Part shown: piece after piece, positions 5,852 through 7,704 of the stretch
Layout: each line of letters begins with the position of its first letter
Position numbering within the stretch: the stretch's first letter is position 1
Assembly: GCA_013416795.1 (NCBI GenBank)
Contig: RQSC01000313.1
Span: forward strand, 23,997 to 31,700
Direction: 5' to 3'
DNA: 7,704 nucleotides
DNA from: Prasinococcaceae sp. CCMP 1430
Lineage: Eukaryota > Plantae > Prasinodermophyta
Made by a program: the position numbers and the translations under genes
The notes under the pieces: model-generated
The model's input: the letters and a program-made list of their open reading frames with translations, nothing else
Database searches by the model: none
Told to the model about the DNA's origin: nothing

Positions 5852-6628
5852 ATGGTCGTCCGACGCAGGAGCACGCTCGCCTCCGCCGCCCTCGCGGCGC
5901 TGGTGCTGGCGGCCGCCGCGCCAAAAAGCGCCCTCGCGCAGGCCGACGACAAGGTCGACCAGTCGTCGCTGCCGATCCAGGTGGGCGTCGAGATCGAGGC
6001 GCCGTCCAACGGGACCTTCACCGCCAGCCAGGACACGATGACCGTCAACTGGGAGGCCCTGCCCCTCGACAGCCTGGCGTTCGACCCGGACAACGCCACC
6101 GTGGTGGTGCGCCTGTGCTGGGCCAAGGCGGACATCGCCGACCGCCCCTGGCGCAAGTTCAAGGACCCCATCGACAAGGACCGCCAGTGCAAGAACAAGG
6201 TCAAGGCGGACACCAACACGCCCTTCTCGGACGGCACGACCTCCTTCCTCATCGACGGCAACCAGCCGGCGGCCTTCTACTGGGCGCGCGTGCTCGTCAT
6301 CGACGGCGGCGCGTACGTCGCGAATGGCGGCAGCGCCGACGCCGGCAGCGACCCGCAAACCACCGACTGCGACCTCATGGAGAGTTTGACCGACCTGGTG
6401 TGCGAGACGTTCGAGGTGACGAACGTCCTCGGCACCAGCGTGGGCCTGTACGTGGCGATCGGCCTGACCGCCGCGCTGGGCCCCGCGGTGTTGGCCATCT
6501 TCATGTTTTTCGAGCGCTTCCGCGGCGCCAAGGACTTCGAGGGCGGCGCCCCCGGCATCGCGGCTGGCGCCACCGCTGCGGAGCTGCCCACCAGCGCCAA
6601 CGAGGTCGAGGTCGCGGGGGTCAACTGA
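5852..6628 (+). CDS. NAR2: NAR2/NRT3 high-affinity nitrate transporter accessory protein
   Basis: N-terminal signal-peptide-like stretch (LASAALAALVLAAAA). VVVRLCWAKADIADRPWRKFKDPIDKDRQC matches NAR2 KVKLCYAP...DRPWRK...L.KDKTC, and QPAAFYWARV matches P.ATYFVRA. One C-terminal hydrophobic helix ends in MFFERF. Intronless with G/C-ending codons and an A-rich context (gcaagATG). Confidence 0.88.
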   Translation: MVVRRRSTLASAALAALVLAAAAPKSALAQADDKVDQSSLPIQVGVEIEAPSNGTFTASQDTMTVNWEALPLDSLAFDPDNATVVVRLCWAKADIADRPWRKFKDPIDKDRQCKNKVKADTNTPFSDGTTSFLIDGNQPAAFYWARVLVIDGGAYVANGGSADAGSDPQTTDCDLMESLTDLVCETFEVTNVLGTSVGLYVAIGLTAALGPAVLAIFMFFERFRGAKDFEGGAPGIAAGATAAELPTSANEVEVAGVN

Positions 6629-6759
6629 ACGATTCCCGACGAGAGCCGGGCGAGGCTGGGCCGTCACTTCGTCAGCACATAGAGGGGCGCGAACGCTCGC
6701 GCGTTCGCCGCGACGCACTAGGACAAGGGTAACAACACACACATTTTTCTCAAGAGCCT

Positions 6760-7704
6760 CTACTTCTTTACCCGCCTCTTCTGCCACTCCGAGAACCCCC
6801 TGAGCGTCTTGTCGGCGGGCGTGAACGTCAGGTCGCCCTCGCAGAACAGCCGGAAGCTGTCCACGCCGAAGGCGCCGATGCCGTAGATCTTGACGTCCTT
6901 GTCGAGGCCCACCTTTTGTTTGGCCCCACCGTGCGCCGACCGGATCGCGCGCCACGTCAGAGCGAGTCGCACGAGCGCGCCGCTCGCAGCGCCGAATGCA
7001 GCTCTCTCGCCCCCCAACCAACTAACCAACCCAACCAACCCATCAACTAAAAAAAAAAAAAATGTCGTCGTGCTGTGTACACGTACCTCGAACACCCCCG
7101 CCCCCAGGAACCTCTCCGTGACGGCCACCACCGACTTCACCCGGTTCTCGAAGAGCCCCAGGGGCGCCATCACCTCGAACAGGTCCGCGCTCGAGGCGAC
7201 GATCGCGTCCGACGGCGTGGGCCAGCGCTCGAAGAAGGCCGCGATGGCGCTGTGCTTCGTGTTCCACGAGCTCACGCGCGACATGAGCACGCAGGCGATG
7301 AGCAGCTGCCACTGGTCGAAGGCGTAGAACTCCTGGAGCAGGCCCTGCGGCGAGGGCGGCGGCGGGCGGCTCATGCGCGAGCGCACGTACGCCTCCCAGT
7401 CGAAGCCGTCGTCGTCCCGCGCAGCTCGCGCGACCTCCTTTCCCCAGCGCCGCACGGCCTCCGCCCGCCACTCGCACCCGCCGCCGGCGGCCTCCCCCCC
7501 GAGCGCGAGCAGCGCCGCGCGGCTGCGCTCGAGCCACCGCTGCGTCTCCGCCAGCATGTCCTCCTCGGTGCGCCGCGGCGAGAACGACACGCCCGCGTCG
7601 GCGCCGTCCGAGCCGTCCGAGTCGCTCAGCGCGTCGACGGCCGCGCCGGTGTAGTCGGGCTTGGCGCCCCGGAGGCGCGAGGAGCGGCGCTCGGGCCCCA
7701 GCGC
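6760..7704 (-). CDS. MBD4-like HhH-GPD DNA glycosylase, 5' end outside the window; predicted exons >7704-7087 and 6912-6760
   Basis: GLLQEFYAFDQWQLLIACVLMSR, FFERWPTP, PLGLFENRVKSV, IYGIGAFGVDSFRLFC and DKTLRGFSEW match the MBD4 glycosylase domain (LIQE...DPWKLLIA..FLN, PLGL...RA, LHGIGKYG.DSY.IFC, D..L..Y..W). The frame stays open from 7590 (GTG = Val, not a start) to the window edge: ALGPERRSSRLRGAKPDYTGAAVDALSDSDGSDGADAG. Stop TAG at 6762-6760. Confidence 0.88.
   Translation of the reverse strand, partial: ALGPERRSSRLRGAKPDYTGAAVDALSDSDGSDGADAGVSFSPRRTEEDMLAETQRWLERSRAALLALGGEAAGGGCEWRAEAVRRWGKEVARAARDDDGFDWEAYVRSRMSRPPPPSPQGLLQEFYAFDQWQLLIACVLMSRVSSWNTKHSAIAAFFERWPTPSDAIVASSADLFEVMAPLGLFENRVKSVVAVTERFLGAGVFEVRVHSTTTFFFFLVDGLVGLVSWLGGERAAFGAASGALVRLALTWRAIRSAHGGAKQKVGLDKDVKIYGIGAFGVDSFRLFCEGDLTFTPADKTLRGFSEWQKRRVKK
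6913..7086 (-). other. Spliceosomal intron (174 nt, phase 0, in frame and stop-free) in the MBD4-like gene
   Basis: Minus strand: TTCGAG|GTACGT...CTGAC...AAACAAAAG|GTGGGC. Contains a poly-T run and (TTGG)n low-complexity sequence. Removing it restores MBD4-like spacing (FLGAGVFE-VGLDKDVKIYGIG). Confidence 0.85.

Noticed and set aside
6689-6708. Perfect 8-bp hairpin GCGAACGC-tcgc-GCGTTCGC between the convergent NAR2 and MBD4-like genes
   Set aside because: Short and GC-rich with no U-tract, in a eukaryotic context; compatible with chance.
5586-7021. Long overlapping ORFs 5597-7021 (-), 5635-6261 (-) and 5692-6732 (+)
   Set aside because: Shadow frames of NAR2; low-complexity Arg/Gly/Ala products, and some cross the N junction.

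Overview
Chimeric-looking eukaryotic window. Two very GC-rich, intron-containing nuclear flanks typical of a green alga (1-1838 and 5609-7704) enclose a ~3.77 kb AT-rich block (1839-5607) that is a slice of a green-lineage plastid ribosomal-protein operon: 5'-truncated rpl5, rps8, rpl36 (missed by the ORF track), rps11, rpoA, rps9, rpl21, a shortened rps15, rps12 and probably the start codon of rps7. The block begins mid-rpl5 inside an 18-bp minisatellite and ends at the only N in the window (5608). It is therefore either a very recent nuclear plastid DNA insertion (NUPT) or an assembly chimera, and the sequence alone cannot decide which. Left flank: a WWOX/RDH-like short-chain dehydrogenase, preceded by an MMTAG2 (MMtag)-like exon whose frame conflicts with the best-looking intron, which suggests a dual-coding/bicistronic locus or an unusual fusion. 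Right flank: a NAR2/NRT3 nitrate-transporter accessory protein and, convergent with it, a 5'-truncated MBD4-like HhH DNA glycosylase with a 174-nt in-frame intron. The joint presence of rps9, rpl21 and rps15 points to an early-diverging green alga such as a prasinodermophyte (inference).
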